Shown: positions 18,045-27,707, counted from the stretch's first letter. The stretch: 64,000 nucleotides of DNA from Bacteroidales bacterium (GCA_016286055.1 JAEERW010000002.1:136458-200457); one strand, 5' to 3'. Notes: generated by a model not told the origin, from the letters alone. Translations and numbers: made by a program.

Positions 18045-19466
18045 ATGGCAAAACTTATAGGAAGGCACTCAGAATCAGCACAGTTAGACGAAATAATGAA
18101 GTCAGATAATCCAGAGTTTGTGGTAATTTTTGGTCGCAGAAGAATTGGCAAGACTTTTCTCATAAACCAATATTTTGGCGACCATTTTACATTCAAACAC
18201 ACAGGATTAGCCTACAAAAACAAGAGAGAGCAATTACAAAATTTTGGCGAAACACTCCGCAATTTTGGTTCTAAATTATGCCCCGACCCAAAAGATTGGC
18301 GAGAGGCGTTTGCTATGCTGCGCACACTTTTGGACAATACCAAATCCAAAGGCAGCAAAAAGGTTGTCTTTATTGATGAATTGCCCTTTATGGCTACACC
18401 CAAAAGCGGATTGATAACTGCATTGGAACATTTTTGGAACGACTACGGCTGCACTCAAAGCAATCTTGTGCTAATTATCTGCGGTTCTGCTACTTCGTGG
18501 ATTGCAAAAAACATCATTAAAAACAAAGGCGGACTGCACAACCGCATTACGCGAAGAATCTACCTCCGACCTTTTACTGTGGGCGAATGTAACGAATATT
18601 TTAAGTCTAACAACATAATATTCAGCCATAAAGACAATTTGGAATGTTATATGGTGATGGGCGGCGTGCCATACTACCTCAGTATGATAGAGCGCGGCAA
18701 AAGTCTTGCACAAAATATCGACCAAATGTTTTTTAGGCGACAAGGTAAACTTTATGATGAATTTGATTCTCTTTATTCGTCGCTGTTTGAAGAGAGTGCA
18801 TCGTACATCAAAGTGATTGAGGCCATTAGCAAAAAAAACAAAGGACTTTCGCGCAAAGAGATTATTAAGGCAACAGGATTGCCCGACGGTGGCTCGCTGA
18901 CCAAAATACTTGAAGACCTCGACAACTGCGATTTTATACGCAAATATCAGAATATCAACAATAAAGAGCGTAACAGTTTGTACCAATTAACCGATTTTTA
19001 CTCGCTATTTTACTATAAGTTCATTAAAAAATACGGCACATCCGACAAGGATTTTTGGACATTGCAACTAAACACGCCTGTGCACAACTCGTGGGCGGGT
19101 TATGCCTTTGAACAATTTTGCTTACTACATATCAGCGCAATAGAAAAGGCACTCGGCATATCGGGCATTCAAACCCGCGTATCGTGTTGGCAATCACAAA
19201 AAAGCGAAAACGGCGCACAAATCGACCTCGTAATATCTCGTGCCGACAATATTGTAAACATCTGTGAAATAAAGTTTTGGGACACCCCATACACCATTAC
19301 AAAAAAATATCACGCCGAATTAATGAACAAAATAGAAACCTTCCGTACCGAAACAAAATGCCGTCAAGCCATACATCTTGTAATGATAACTACCTACGGC
19401 ATAGTGCGTAACGAGTATTCCGACATTGTGCAAAAAGAGATAACAATGGAAGATTTTTTTGAATAG
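18045..19466 (+). CDS. AAA+ ATPase of the archaeal-ATPase/DUF234 type
   Basis: Walker A (IFGRRRIGKTFL) and Walker B (KVVFIDELPFM) motifs. The overall ~470-aa layout includes a C-terminal DUF234-like region (..IDLVISRADNIVNICEIKF..). I moved the start to MAKLIGRH.. at 18045, downstream of the promoter box. Confidence 0.7.
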   Translation: MAKLIGRHSESAQLDEIMKSDNPEFVVIFGRRRIGKTFLINQYFGDHFTFKHTGLAYKNKREQLQNFGETLRNFGSKLCPDPKDWREAFAMLRTLLDNTKSKGSKKVVFIDELPFMATPKSGLITALEHFWNDYGCTQSNLVLIICGSATSWIAKNIIKNKGGLHNRITRRIYLRPFTVGECNEYFKSNNIIFSHKDNLECYMVMGGVPYYLSMIERGKSLAQNIDQMFFRRQGKLYDEFDSLYSSLFEESASYIKVIEAISKKNKGLSRKEIIKATGLPDGGSLTKILEDLDNCDFIRKYQNINNKERNSLYQLTDFYSLFYYKFIKKYGTSDKDFWTLQLNTPVHNSWAGYAFEQFCLLHISAIEKALGISGIQTRVSCWQSQKSENGAQIDLVISRADNIVNICEIKFWDTPYTITKKYHAELMNKIETFRTETKCRQAIHLVMITTYGIVRNEYSDIVQKEITMEDFFE

Positions 19467-19472
19467 AACAAT

Positions 19473-19545
19473 CGGATAATTGGCTGTAACTATAAAAAAT
19501 TTCATAGTTACAGCCAACTATTTTTTAAATACGTGGCTGTAACTA
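19473..19545 (+). repeat. 73-nt direct repeat copy 2; probably also the terminator hairpin for the convergent ATPase and GT9 genes
   Basis: The same hairpin (19480-19493 / 19504-19517) is followed by tttttt. Its last 3 nt form the GT9 stop codon. Confidence 0.9.
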
Positions 19546-20532
19546 TTCGCCAAGTATGCGGGAAACTATGCTTTCGGGGGTGATGGCGGTGAGGCATTTG
19601 TAGGGGGTGCTGAGGCGACATTCTTTGTTGCCATAAACCGAACAAGGACGGCAGGGAAGGTCTACTTGCACCGCATCGTCGGGGTTTTGGTTAAAACCAA
19701 GGAAACCGGCTGCTGGATGCGTGGCTCCCCAAACCGACACCGCACGTGTGCCTACAAGCGAGGCGAGGTGCATATTGGCGCTGTCCATCGAGAGCATACA
19801 ATCGAGGTCGGCAATGAGGTTGAGTTCGTTGGCAAGTCCGCCCGAACGCCCTACAAGACTCTCTACATTGGGATATTTGTCTTGCCAAGCGTCTAAAATT
19901 GCCTTTTCTTTGTCGCCAAAACCAAAGAGATAGATTTTCAAACCCTTTGAAGAGAGTATTTCAACCACCTTTTCCATCGTTTCCAAAGGCAGAATCTTGC
20001 CCTTGTGAGCGGCAAAGGGGGCGATGCCAATTTTGCCTGTTTTTTCTGACTGCGATTTTGTGGGATAATCCAACTCAAAATCAAATCCGAGACGTTTTAG
20101 CACATCGTGGTAACGCTCAAAGGTGGTTTTGAGAGGGTTGCAATTAACCGCACCCTTTTTGGTAAGGCGGCGTTTGTCGGCGCGACCTTTGTTGATTTTT
20201 TCGGTTTTGATACCCGCCAAAAATGTGCGTATACGCAGATAATGCGTACGAAGCACATCGTGAAAATCGGCATAAGCGTCAATTTTCATCTCCTTGATTT
20301 CGCGGAAAAGCCGGTTAAGACCCGACATTCCTTTGTAATCGTTTTTAAGGTCGATGCCCACAAACTTAACATTCTGAGGCAGGCGTGCAAAAATAGGTGC
20401 AAAATTCTTGCGGCTTAGAAACACAATTTCCAAACCGCTATATTTTTTTGCCAACGAATACACCACGGGCACGCACATAGCCACGTCGCCCATAGCCGAA
20501 AAGCGCGTTATCAGCAACCTTTTGATTTCCAT
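19543..20532 (-). CDS. Glycosyltransferase family 9 (LPS heptosyltransferase-like)
   Basis: 329 aa with GT9-like features (LLITRFSAMGDVAMCVPV.., ..DSANMHLASLVGT..VSVWG.THP). Confidence 0.75.
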   Translation of the reverse strand: MEIKRLLITRFSAMGDVAMCVPVVYSLAKKYSGLEIVFLSRKNFAPIFARLPQNVKFVGIDLKNDYKGMSGLNRLFREIKEMKIDAYADFHDVLRTHYLRIRTFLAGIKTEKINKGRADKRRLTKKGAVNCNPLKTTFERYHDVLKRLGFDFELDYPTKSQSEKTGKIGIAPFAAHKGKILPLETMEKVVEILSSKGLKIYLFGFGDKEKAILDAWQDKYPNVESLVGRSGGLANELNLIADLDCMLSMDSANMHLASLVGTRAVSVWGATHPAAGFLGFNQNPDDAVQVDLPCRPCSVYGNKECRLSTPYKCLTAITPESIVSRILGE

Positions 20533-21137
20533 TATTTTGCGCCGTAGAGTACGGGGTTGAGGTTGGGGTCGTTGTACATTTTCATTTGTTTGTAAACTTT
20601 CATATACTTACGTCCCGCTGCAATATCGTCTAAAAGTTGGTCGATGGCTGTGCCGAGGTCTTTTTTCTGCTCCAAAAGAACGTTCAACTTATTCTGACAC
20701 TGAGCCTTATGGTCGGCAGAAACATCGGTGCGACTTACCTGCTCTTGCATATGATAAATTTTGAGAGCAAGAATGCTAAAACGGTCGACAGCCCAAGCCG
20801 GTGATTCTGTGTTAATTACAGCGTTGTCGGCAATTTTTACATCTTTATATTTATCAAGAAAATAACTGTCGATAAGTTCCACAAGGTCGGTGCGGTCTTG
20901 GTTGCTCTTGTCGATACGGCGTTTGATTTTGAGCGCCTCTACGGGGTCGATTTCAGGGTTGCGGATAATGTCTTCCAAATGCCACTGAACGGTGTCGATC
21001 CAGTTTTTGAGATAAAGGTAATACTCTATTGTCTTCACTTTAAAGGGGTTGGCGATGGGAGTGTCCACATCGTCGTATTTGTGGTAGTCGGCAATTGACT
21101 GCTCGAATATTTTCCAAGAATTTTCGGTAAATGTCAT
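20532..21137 (-). CDS. Conserved hypothetical protein (possibly DUF4254 family, often next to GT9 genes in Bacteroidota)
   Basis: Clean ORF with a 1-nt stop/start overlap with the GT9 gene. The family call is from memory only. I moved the start to ATG 21137, because the track's TTG start lies inside the TACATTTG promoter box at 21162-21169. Confidence 0.45.
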   Translation of the reverse strand: MTFTENSWKIFEQSIADYHKYDDVDTPIANPFKVKTIEYYLYLKNWIDTVQWHLEDIIRNPEIDPVEALKIKRRIDKSNQDRTDLVELIDSYFLDKYKDVKIADNAVINTESPAWAVDRFSILALKIYHMQEQVSRTDVSADHKAQCQNKLNVLLEQKKDLGTAIDQLLDDIAAGRKYMKVYKQMKMYNDPNLNPVLYGAK

Positions 21138-21199
21138 AACTATATGTTTTAAAAATTGCTGCAAATGTAACGAAAAAAATCAAAATATGCAATCAGGCT

Positions 21200-22087
21200 T
21201 TATTTCTGTCCCCAAATTTGGGTGATGCCGCCGTAAGAGTCGGTTCTGCGGTCGCGGAAATAGGGCCAGATGCGGCGGACGGTGGACATTTGGTTGAGGT
21301 CGATGTCGGCGTATACGATTTCTTCTTTGTTTAAAGAGGCTTGTGCAATGATTTCGCCCTGAGGACCAGCCACAAACGAACTGCCCCAAAAACAGATGCC
21401 TTCGCTGTGCTCTTCGTGTTTTTCAAAGCCCACACGGTTGACAGCCGCCACAAAAATACCGTTGGCAACGGCGTGCCCGCGTTGCACTGCTATCCACGAA
21501 TCGCGCTGACGGTTGCCGTCTTCGCCTTCCTCGCTCGGAAGCCAACCTACCGCCGTGGGATAAAATAGCACTTCGGCACCTTGCATAGCGGTTAACCGTG
21601 CAGCCTCGGGAAACCATTGATCCCAACAGATTAGCACGCCAATACGTCCAAACTTAGTGTCGTGAGCCTTGTAGCCGAGGTCGCCCGGGGTGAAATAAAA
21701 TTTTTCGTAAAAGCAGGGGTCGTCGGGAATGTGCATTTTGCGGTAAAAACCTGCCATTGAGCCGTCGGCATCTAAAATCATTGCGCTATTGTGGTATACG
21801 GCGGTGCTGCGTTTTTCAAAAAATGGAACCACTATGGCGCAACCGAGTTGGGCGGCAAGTTTTGAAAAAGTCTGATACGAGGGTCCGTTTTCCACCTCCT
21901 CGGCAAAGTCAAAATAGTCGATATTCTCGCTCTGACAGAAGTAAAACGAGGAGTATAGTTCGGGCAAACAGATTACATTTGCGCCCTTACGTGCTGCCTC
22001 GGTAATGTACTCAACGCACTTGGCGGTGTTGGTTTGGCGGTTGCCGTCGAGGTTGAGTTGCACTAATGCTATTTTGTATTTATTCAT
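21200..22087 (-). CDS. aguB: Carbon-nitrogen hydrolase, N-carbamoylputrescine amidase-like
   Basis: Nitrilase-superfamily layout (ICLPELY.., ..GVLICWDQWFPE..). The agmatine deiminase gene lies 1.4 kb away. Confidence 0.75.
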   Translation of the reverse strand: MNKYKIALVQLNLDGNRQTNTAKCVEYITEAARKGANVICLPELYSSFYFCQSENIDYFDFAEEVENGPSYQTFSKLAAQLGCAIVVPFFEKRSTAVYHNSAMILDADGSMAGFYRKMHIPDDPCFYEKFYFTPGDLGYKAHDTKFGRIGVLICWDQWFPEAARLTAMQGAEVLFYPTAVGWLPSEEGEDGNRQRDSWIAVQRGHAVANGIFVAAVNRVGFEKHEEHSEGICFWGSSFVAGPQGEIIAQASLNKEEIVYADIDLNQMSTVRRIWPYFRDRRTDSYGGITQIWGQK

Positions 22088-22689
22088 TTTAAAGTATTAT
22101 CAATCAAAGTTATAAGTTTATCCAAATCCTCTGGACGGTTGGGGAAATTTAGATTGTCGATGTCAACAGTAAGGATTTTACCAAGTTTATAGTTTGATGT
22201 CCACTTTTCGTATTTTTCGTTGAGGCGGGTGAGGTATTCGGGACTAATGCCCTGCTCGTAAACCCTGCCACGTTTGCGGATTTGTTCCAAAAGTGTTGAC
22301 ACATTGGCTTTGAGGTAAATAAGAAGGTCGGGCGGCGAAATGAGCGAACTCATTTTTTCAAACATTCCGAGATAGTTTTCAAAATCACGAGTATCCAACA
22401 GGCGCATATCGTGAAGGTTTTCGGCAAACACATACGCGTCTTCGTAGATGGTGCGGTCTTGAATAACGTTTCGACCCGACTTGCGGATGTCGATAATCTC
22501 GCCCAAACGGCTCTGCATAAAGTAAATCTGCAAGTTAAACGCCCAACGCTCCATATCCTCGTAAAAGTTGTTGAGATAAGGATTTGCCTCGGCATCCTCA
22601 AAATGCGCCTCCCAATTGTAGTGTTGGGCAAGAAGGTTGGCAAGTGTGGTTTTGCCCGAACCAATATTTCCTGCAATTGCTATGTGCAT
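22084..22689 (-). CDS. Deoxynucleoside kinase
   Basis: P-loop IAIAGNIGSGKTTL, plus ..RWAFNLQIYF.. and DRTIYED motifs typical of the dCK/dGK family. Confidence 0.85.
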   Translation of the reverse strand: MHIAIAGNIGSGKTTLANLLAQHYNWEAHFEDAEANPYLNNFYEDMERWAFNLQIYFMQSRLGEIIDIRKSGRNVIQDRTIYEDAYVFAENLHDMRLLDTRDFENYLGMFEKMSSLISPPDLLIYLKANVSTLLEQIRKRGRVYEQGISPEYLTRLNEKYEKWTSNYKLGKILTVDIDNLNFPNRPEDLDKLITLIDNTLK

Positions 22690-22802
22690 AGTTATCAGTC
22701 TTTTATAATATGTTAGAATATAGGTTGAGTAACAGTTTTAATGTTTGGTAAAATTAATAAATAGATTTTATAAAACGGATTTTTCTTGAAAAGATTTGTT
22801 TA

Positions 22803-22810
22803 TAAATTTG
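22803..22810 (+). promoter_or_regulatory. -7 promoter box TAAATTTG upstream of rpe
   Basis: Matches TAnnTTTG and lies 19 nt upstream of ATG 22829. Confidence 0.5.
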
Positions 22811-22828
22811 CAAAAAATTTTTTTCGAG

Positions 22829-23503
22829 ATGAACACAAACAAAATATTGGTCTCTCCGTCGATTTTGGCGGCCGACCACGCAAATATTCAGCAAGAAATC
22901 GAACGCGTTAACCGCAGCGGTGCCGACTGGGTGCACGTAGACATTATGGACGGTGTTTTTGTACCTAATATGTCGTTTGGATTCCCAATTGTGAAAGCCA
23001 CAAAAAAACATTCGCAACTTCCTTTGGATGTGCATCTTATGATTGTTAATCCGCAAAACTACATTCAGGAGTTTATTAATGCGGGTGCCGACATTCTTAC
23101 CATTCATTACGAGGCAGTTACACATCTTCACCGTGCTATCTGGCAAATCAAAAACGCCGGAGTGAAGGCTGGTGTGGCACTCAATCCGTCAACACCCGTT
23201 TCGATGCTCGAAGAAATTATCCAAGATGTGGATATGGTGTTGATTATGACCGTTAATCCTGGATTTGGCGGACAAAAGTTTATCGAAAACTCGTATTCTA
23301 AGATTATGCGCTGCAAAGAACTGATACTCAAACGAAACAGCCAAGCATTAATAGAAGTAGACGGCGGAGTGGAGAGCCACAACGCAGCCAAACTGATTAA
23401 TGCGGGAGTGGACGTGATGGTGGCAGGCAGTTATATTTTCGGCGCAAAAGATTACGCCGAAAACGTTAAACTGCTAAAATATCCTATTGAAAACGCTATC
23501 TAA
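22829..23503 (+). CDS. rpe: Ribulose-phosphate 3-epimerase
   Basis: SPSILAADHANI..VHVDIMDGVFVPN..DVHLM..MTVNPGFGGQKF..EVDGG. Start set at MNTNKILV. Confidence 0.9.
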   Translation: MNTNKILVSPSILAADHANIQQEIERVNRSGADWVHVDIMDGVFVPNMSFGFPIVKATKKHSQLPLDVHLMIVNPQNYIQEFINAGADILTIHYEAVTHLHRAIWQIKNAGVKAGVALNPSTPVSMLEEIIQDVDMVLIMTVNPGFGGQKFIENSYSKIMRCKELILKRNSQALIEVDGGVESHNAAKLINAGVDVMVAGSYIFGAKDYAENVKLLKYPIENAI

Positions 23504-24542
23504 GTTCGTGACTGAGGCAGTGGAGCGAGCCTAAGCCCCAAATAATGTCGACACAATGGATGCCTATCACCTTGCGGTCGGGAAACTGACTTGCAATGAT
23601 GTCGAGGGCAATTCGGTCGTTGGGGTCGTTGAATGTAGGCACAAGCACAGCATTGTTGGTAATTAAGAAGTTGGCGTAACTTGCCGGTAGTCGAAGATTG
23701 CGGAAACATACTGCGCCGGGCATTGGAAGTTCCACAATTTTGATGGGTTTGCCATTTTCGAGACGTGCTTTTTTCAACCGCTTGTAGTTGTCTTCAAGTG
23801 CGGCATAGTTAACATCGTCGGGGTCGTGAGTGCGGCAGAGAAGCACTGTGGAAGGATTTACAAAACGGCAGAAATCGTCGATGTGTCCGTGAGTGTCGTC
23901 GCCGTTGATGCCTCGACCAAGCCAAATAACATTGGTAACGCCAAAATATTTTCTAAATATCTCCTCGTAGTCCTTTTTGGTAAAGCCGGGATTGCGCACT
24001 TGCTCGGTATCGCTCATAAGGCATTCTTCGGTGCAGAGTAGTGAACCACAGCCGTTTACATCAATTGCTCCTCCCTCCAAAACCACTCGGCGGCGGTTGT
24101 AGACAGGTTGCAAAAACGGTTCTTCGAGAACTTTGGAAATAAACTGCGGCACAAAATCGTCGGCACGGCAGTAAGTGTATCGCGCCCAATTGTTGAACTT
24201 AAAGTCAAGAATCACAGGCTTTTGGTTCTCGTCCAACACGGTGATAGGACCACTGTCGCGCATCCACACACGGGGAGCGGAATATTCCACCATATTGATT
24301 TCGGGCATATTGGCGGCAGAATCTTCGAGCATCTGAGTTACAATCTCGCGATGTTCGGCATCTGCAACCAACAGAGTAACAGGCACATTAAACGAAAGTT
24401 TCTTAACAAACTCCACAAACGCCCATTTTACGGTGTTGAGTTTTCCGGGGAAGTCCTTGCTGTTGTAAGGAAACAGGATAAGAACCGAACGCTGCTGTTC
24501 CCATTCGGCGGGAAGTCGGTATTGGTGGTTTTCTACTTGCAT
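23496..24542 (-). CDS. aguA: Agmatine deiminase
   Basis: Motifs of the Porphyromonas-type peptidylarginine/agmatine deiminase family (WMRDSGPI, EGGAIDVNG, DTHGHIDDFCRF, GSLHCLSHE). Confidence 0.85.
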   Translation of the reverse strand: MQVENHQYRLPAEWEQQRSVLILFPYNSKDFPGKLNTVKWAFVEFVKKLSFNVPVTLLVADAEHREIVTQMLEDSAANMPEINMVEYSAPRVWMRDSGPITVLDENQKPVILDFKFNNWARYTYCRADDFVPQFISKVLEEPFLQPVYNRRRVVLEGGAIDVNGCGSLLCTEECLMSDTEQVRNPGFTKKDYEEIFRKYFGVTNVIWLGRGINGDDTHGHIDDFCRFVNPSTVLLCRTHDPDDVNYAALEDNYKRLKKARLENGKPIKIVELPMPGAVCFRNLRLPASYANFLITNNAVLVPTFNDPNDRIALDIIASQFPDRKVIGIHCVDIIWGLGSLHCLSHELR

Positions 24543-25576
24543 TTTTTGATAACGTTTTGTGCCAATGATTCAAAATACTGAGCCTGAATGCTGTTGCCAT
24601 CGAGCACCGCAGGACGACCGTTGTCGCCGCTTTCGCAAATACTCTGAACAAGAGGCACTTGGGCTATAATGTCGATACCGTATTTTTCAGAAACAGCCTT
24701 GTTGCCCTCTTTGCCAAATATATAGTACTTATTATTAGGCAGTTCGGCGGGCGTAAACCAAGCCATATTTTCTACAATGCCAAGAATTGGAATGTTGATT
24801 TTGTCGTTGCGAAACATATTTATGCCCTTTACCACGTCGGCAATTGCCACCTGCTGAGGTGTGGAAACAATGATAGCGCCTTTAAGCGTAATATTCTGCA
24901 CCACAGTAAGATGAATATCGCTTGTACCGGGAGGAAGGTCGAACAAGAGGTAGTCTAACGCACCCCAGTCGCCATCGTTGATAATCTGGTTGAGCATATT
25001 CGACGCCATAGGTCCGCGCCAGATAACAGGACTTTCGGGGTCAACGAAAAATCCCATCGAGAGTATCTTAACGCCATATTTTTCAACGGGAACAATCCAA
25101 CTTTTTTCGCCCTCTTGACGCACGCCAGGATGCTCGTCTTCTACTCCAAACATTTTGGGAATAGATGGACCAAACACGTCGGCATCAATTAATCCCACGT
25201 TGTAGCCTTGCTTGGCAAGTGCGGCAGCGAGATTTGCGGTAACGGTGCTCTTACCTACCCCACCCTTGCCCGACGATACGGCGATAATGTTTTTAACGTC
25301 TTTCAACGGGACGGTTTTTTCGACTGGCTGAGGAGTATCCTCCTCCACGTAGGTTTCCACATTGATTTCGGGGTTGAGTTGGTTTTGAATCACCTGACGG
25401 ATAGCCTTGCGAAAAGAGTTTTGAAGCGGCTTAACGGCGTGGTTAATTTTAAGATAAACCTCCACACCGTTTTGTGTAATAGCCACACGGTCTACAATAC
25501 CCGACTCCACTATATCCTTGTGGTTCTGCGGGTTGGTAATGTTTTTTAAAACTGATAAAATATCTTGCTCTGTCAT
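24533..25576 (-). CDS. mrp: Mrp/NBP35-family Fe-S cluster carrier ATPase
   Basis: N-terminal DUF59-like region, the deviant Walker A SGKGGVGKST, and ..DLPPGTSD.. . Confidence 0.9.
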   Translation of the reverse strand: MTEQDILSVLKNITNPQNHKDIVESGIVDRVAITQNGVEVYLKINHAVKPLQNSFRKAIRQVIQNQLNPEINVETYVEEDTPQPVEKTVPLKDVKNIIAVSSGKGGVGKSTVTANLAAALAKQGYNVGLIDADVFGPSIPKMFGVEDEHPGVRQEGEKSWIVPVEKYGVKILSMGFFVDPESPVIWRGPMASNMLNQIINDGDWGALDYLLFDLPPGTSDIHLTVVQNITLKGAIIVSTPQQVAIADVVKGINMFRNDKINIPILGIVENMAWFTPAELPNNKYYIFGKEGNKAVSEKYGIDIIAQVPLVQSICESGDNGRPAVLDGNSIQAQYFESLAQNVIKKCK

Positions 25577-25596
25577 TTTGATAATGGGTATTTCAT

Positions 25597-26040
25597 TTAT
25601 TTAGGAATTGCGCGAACTCTGTCGGGTCTTACAGCACGGATGTTTTGCAAAAGTCGGTAGTCTTTGAAATTGTTGGTTACAATAATGCTGCATTTTTGTT
25701 TTCGTGCCAACACATACTGCACATTATCTTCAATATCTGCCCCAGTTTCGATTAAAGCGCAATCAATATCTTTGTTTGTAAAGTCTATGATATTAAACCG
25801 ATGCTGCAAATTATGAACTATATTTATAATATCTTGATTAGTTTTTTTCTTTTGATAAAAAGATATTAATTGTGCTACACTAAGAGAGGATATATATAGG
25901 CGTTTGCCAATTAATGAACACAGATAGTGAAGACACTCAGAGTCTTTTTGAAATCGGGCATCGCCACTATATGCACCTATTAAGACATTGGTGTCGATAA
26001 AAATATGGTTGGGATTGAACGAATATGTGTTTTGCACCAT
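25597..26040 (-). CDS. PIN-domain protein (VapC-like toxin candidate)
   Basis: IFIDTNVLIGAY near the N-terminus and an acidic residue pattern further on. I chose ATG 26040, which lies 1 nt after the upstream gene's TGA (TGAtATG junction). Confidence 0.6.
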   Translation of the reverse strand: MVQNTYSFNPNHIFIDTNVLIGAYSGDARFQKDSECLHYLCSLIGKRLYISSLSVAQLISFYQKKKTNQDIINIVHNLQHRFNIIDFTNKDIDCALIETGADIEDNVQYVLARKQKCSIIVTNNFKDYRLLQNIRAVRPDRVRAIPK

Positions 26041-26041
26041 A

Positions 26042-26221
26042 TCAGAAAGCCAAATGAGGAAATTGTTTCTTTTCTTCATCGGTTAGCGTACTAACCAAAC
26101 CGGCAGTCCAAATACCCACCAATTCTTCAATTAACTTCTTGCGTGTAAGTCCGTTCTTTTTTAAAAGTAACTCCACTACGCCTTTCCGTTCTTTTTCTAT
26201 TTGTCTATCTAATTCGCTCAT
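26042..26221 (-). CDS. Small helical protein, candidate antitoxin of the PIN gene
   Basis: 59 aa starting from MSELDRQIEKERKG.. . It is tightly coupled to the PIN ORF. A TATTTTTG box lies at 26242-26249 just upstream. Confidence 0.4.
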   Translation of the reverse strand: MSELDRQIEKERKGVVELLLKKNGLTRKKLIEELVGIWTAGLVSTLTDEEKKQFPHLAF

Positions 26222-26293
26222 AATGATTACCAATTTTTTAGCAAAAATAAAAAAAATGCCATAATTGTGCAATAGTTACAACAATAAATCCAC

Positions 26294-27544
26294 CTACTTT
26301 TTCTCCTCAATATACGAATCCTTAAAGCCGAGCATATACAGCACGCCGTCCATACCGATCGACGAAATCGACTGCTTGGCGTTTTCCTTTACCTTGGGTT
26401 TGGCGTGGAATGCTATACCCAGACCGGCGCAATTAAGCATCGGAAGGTCGTTGGCACCGTCGCCAACGGCAATAACTTGTTGAAGGTTAAGGTTTTCGAT
26501 TTGGGCAATAAGTTTGAGAAGTTCGGCTTTGCGTTTTCCGTCAACAATTTCGCCCACATAGTTGCCAGTGAGTTTGCCGTCAACGATTTCGAGTTCGTTG
26601 GCATACACAAAATCGAGGTTGAACTTCTGTTTGAGATAGTTGCCAAAATAGTTGAAACCGCCGGAGAGGATGGCGATTTTGTAGCCGTATTGTTTAAGAA
26701 TTTTGAGAGTGCGTTCTGCGCCTTCGGTGATAGGAAGATTTTCGGCAATCTCTTTCATAACGCTTTCGTCCAAGCCTTTGAGCAGCGACACGCGACGTTT
26801 GAAACTTTCGCAGAAATCAATTTCGCCACGCATAGCCGATTCGGTGATGGCTTTTACCTGATCGCCCACGCCCGCACGCATTGCAAGTTCGTCGATAACT
26901 TCGGTTTGAATAAGTGTGGAATCCATATCGAAACATACCAAACGGCGGTTGCGGCGGTAGAGGTTGTCCTCTTGAAAAGAAATATCGTAGCCTTGTTCGC
27001 GCGAAAGACGCATAAACTCGCTCTGCAACAGCGGTTTATCCTTTGGTGTACCACGTACCGACATCTCCACACAGGCACGGGTAAGATGCTGTTCGCCATT
27101 GTCGATTAATGGAATACGTCCTGTAAGACGAGTGATGGCATCGATATTAAGGCTTTGTTCGGCAAGCACTTTCGACACGTCGGCAATAAGTGCGGCAGAA
27201 ATTTTGCGTCCGAGGAGGGTTACAATATAGCGGTTTTTGCCCTGCATCGACACCCATTTTTCGTATTCGGCAATCGACACCGGCGAAAATCTTACTTGCA
27301 CGCCCATTTCGCTCGAAGAAAAGAGCATCTCTTTTAATATGTTTCCCGACTGGCTTTGGTCGCTGATAAACATTATGCCAAGCGACAGCGAGTTGTGAAT
27401 ATCTGCCTGTCCAATGTCAAGGATTGTGGCACCGTATTGTGCTATAATTCCTGCAAGGCGCGATGTAAGCCCCGGCTTGTCTTCGCCAGTAATCGCCGCC
27501 ATAATAATTTCCTTATTTTCAAGGTTATCTGAAAGGTTTTCCAT
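26294..27544 (-). CDS. serB: Phosphoserine phosphatase SerB with N-terminal ACT-like regulatory domains
   Basis: HAD motifs (VCFDMDSTLIQ, ..SGGF.., VGDGANDLPML). The N-terminal ~190 aa are ACT-like. Confidence 0.85.
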   Translation of the reverse strand: MENLSDNLENKEIIMAAITGEDKPGLTSRLAGIIAQYGATILDIGQADIHNSLSLGIMFISDQSQSGNILKEMLFSSSEMGVQVRFSPVSIAEYEKWVSMQGKNRYIVTLLGRKISAALIADVSKVLAEQSLNIDAITRLTGRIPLIDNGEQHLTRACVEMSVRGTPKDKPLLQSEFMRLSREQGYDISFQEDNLYRRNRRLVCFDMDSTLIQTEVIDELAMRAGVGDQVKAITESAMRGEIDFCESFKRRVSLLKGLDESVMKEIAENLPITEGAERTLKILKQYGYKIAILSGGFNYFGNYLKQKFNLDFVYANELEIVDGKLTGNYVGEIVDGKRKAELLKLIAQIENLNLQQVIAVGDGANDLPMLNCAGLGIAFHAKPKVKENAKQSISSIGMDGVLYMLGFKDSYIEEKK

Positions 27545-27620
27545 TATTTATTTTGCTTGCGTATGGTTGACAAAAATATGAATAAATATTGGATATCCCA
27601 CAAATGTATTTTGAAATTAA

Positions 27621-27668
27621 CAAAAAAATAAAAATCCGAACGCTGAACGGGGTTCAACATCCGGATTT
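27621..27668 (-). terminator. Probable rho-independent terminator of the GH8 gene
   Basis: Imperfect hairpin aaatccgaacgcTGAACggggTTCAacatccggattt. On the minus strand it is followed by a U-run (plus-strand aaaaaaa at 27622-27628). Confidence 0.5.
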
Positions 27669-27707
27669 ATATGATAATGATGGCAGGAGCGTACACGAGG
27701 TACGCCC

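Noticed and set aside
18471-18986. 171-aa minus-strand ORF inside the ATPase gene.
   Set aside because: It is antisense to an ORF with Walker A and B motifs, so it is a shadow ORF.
17929-19545. Interpreting the flanking 73-nt hairpin repeats as integron attC sites (a gene cassette).
   Set aside because: I could not find the canonical core sites (GTTRRRY / RYYYAAC) in the arms. The hairpin is perfect rather than bulged, and no integron integrase is in the window. I kept it as a generic cassette/repeat finding instead.
21200-24542. Split arrangement of aguB and aguA with a deoxynucleoside kinase and rpe between them.
   Set aside because: It is an ordinary polyamine pathway with loosely linked genes. 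Nothing in the sequence suggests a novel function.
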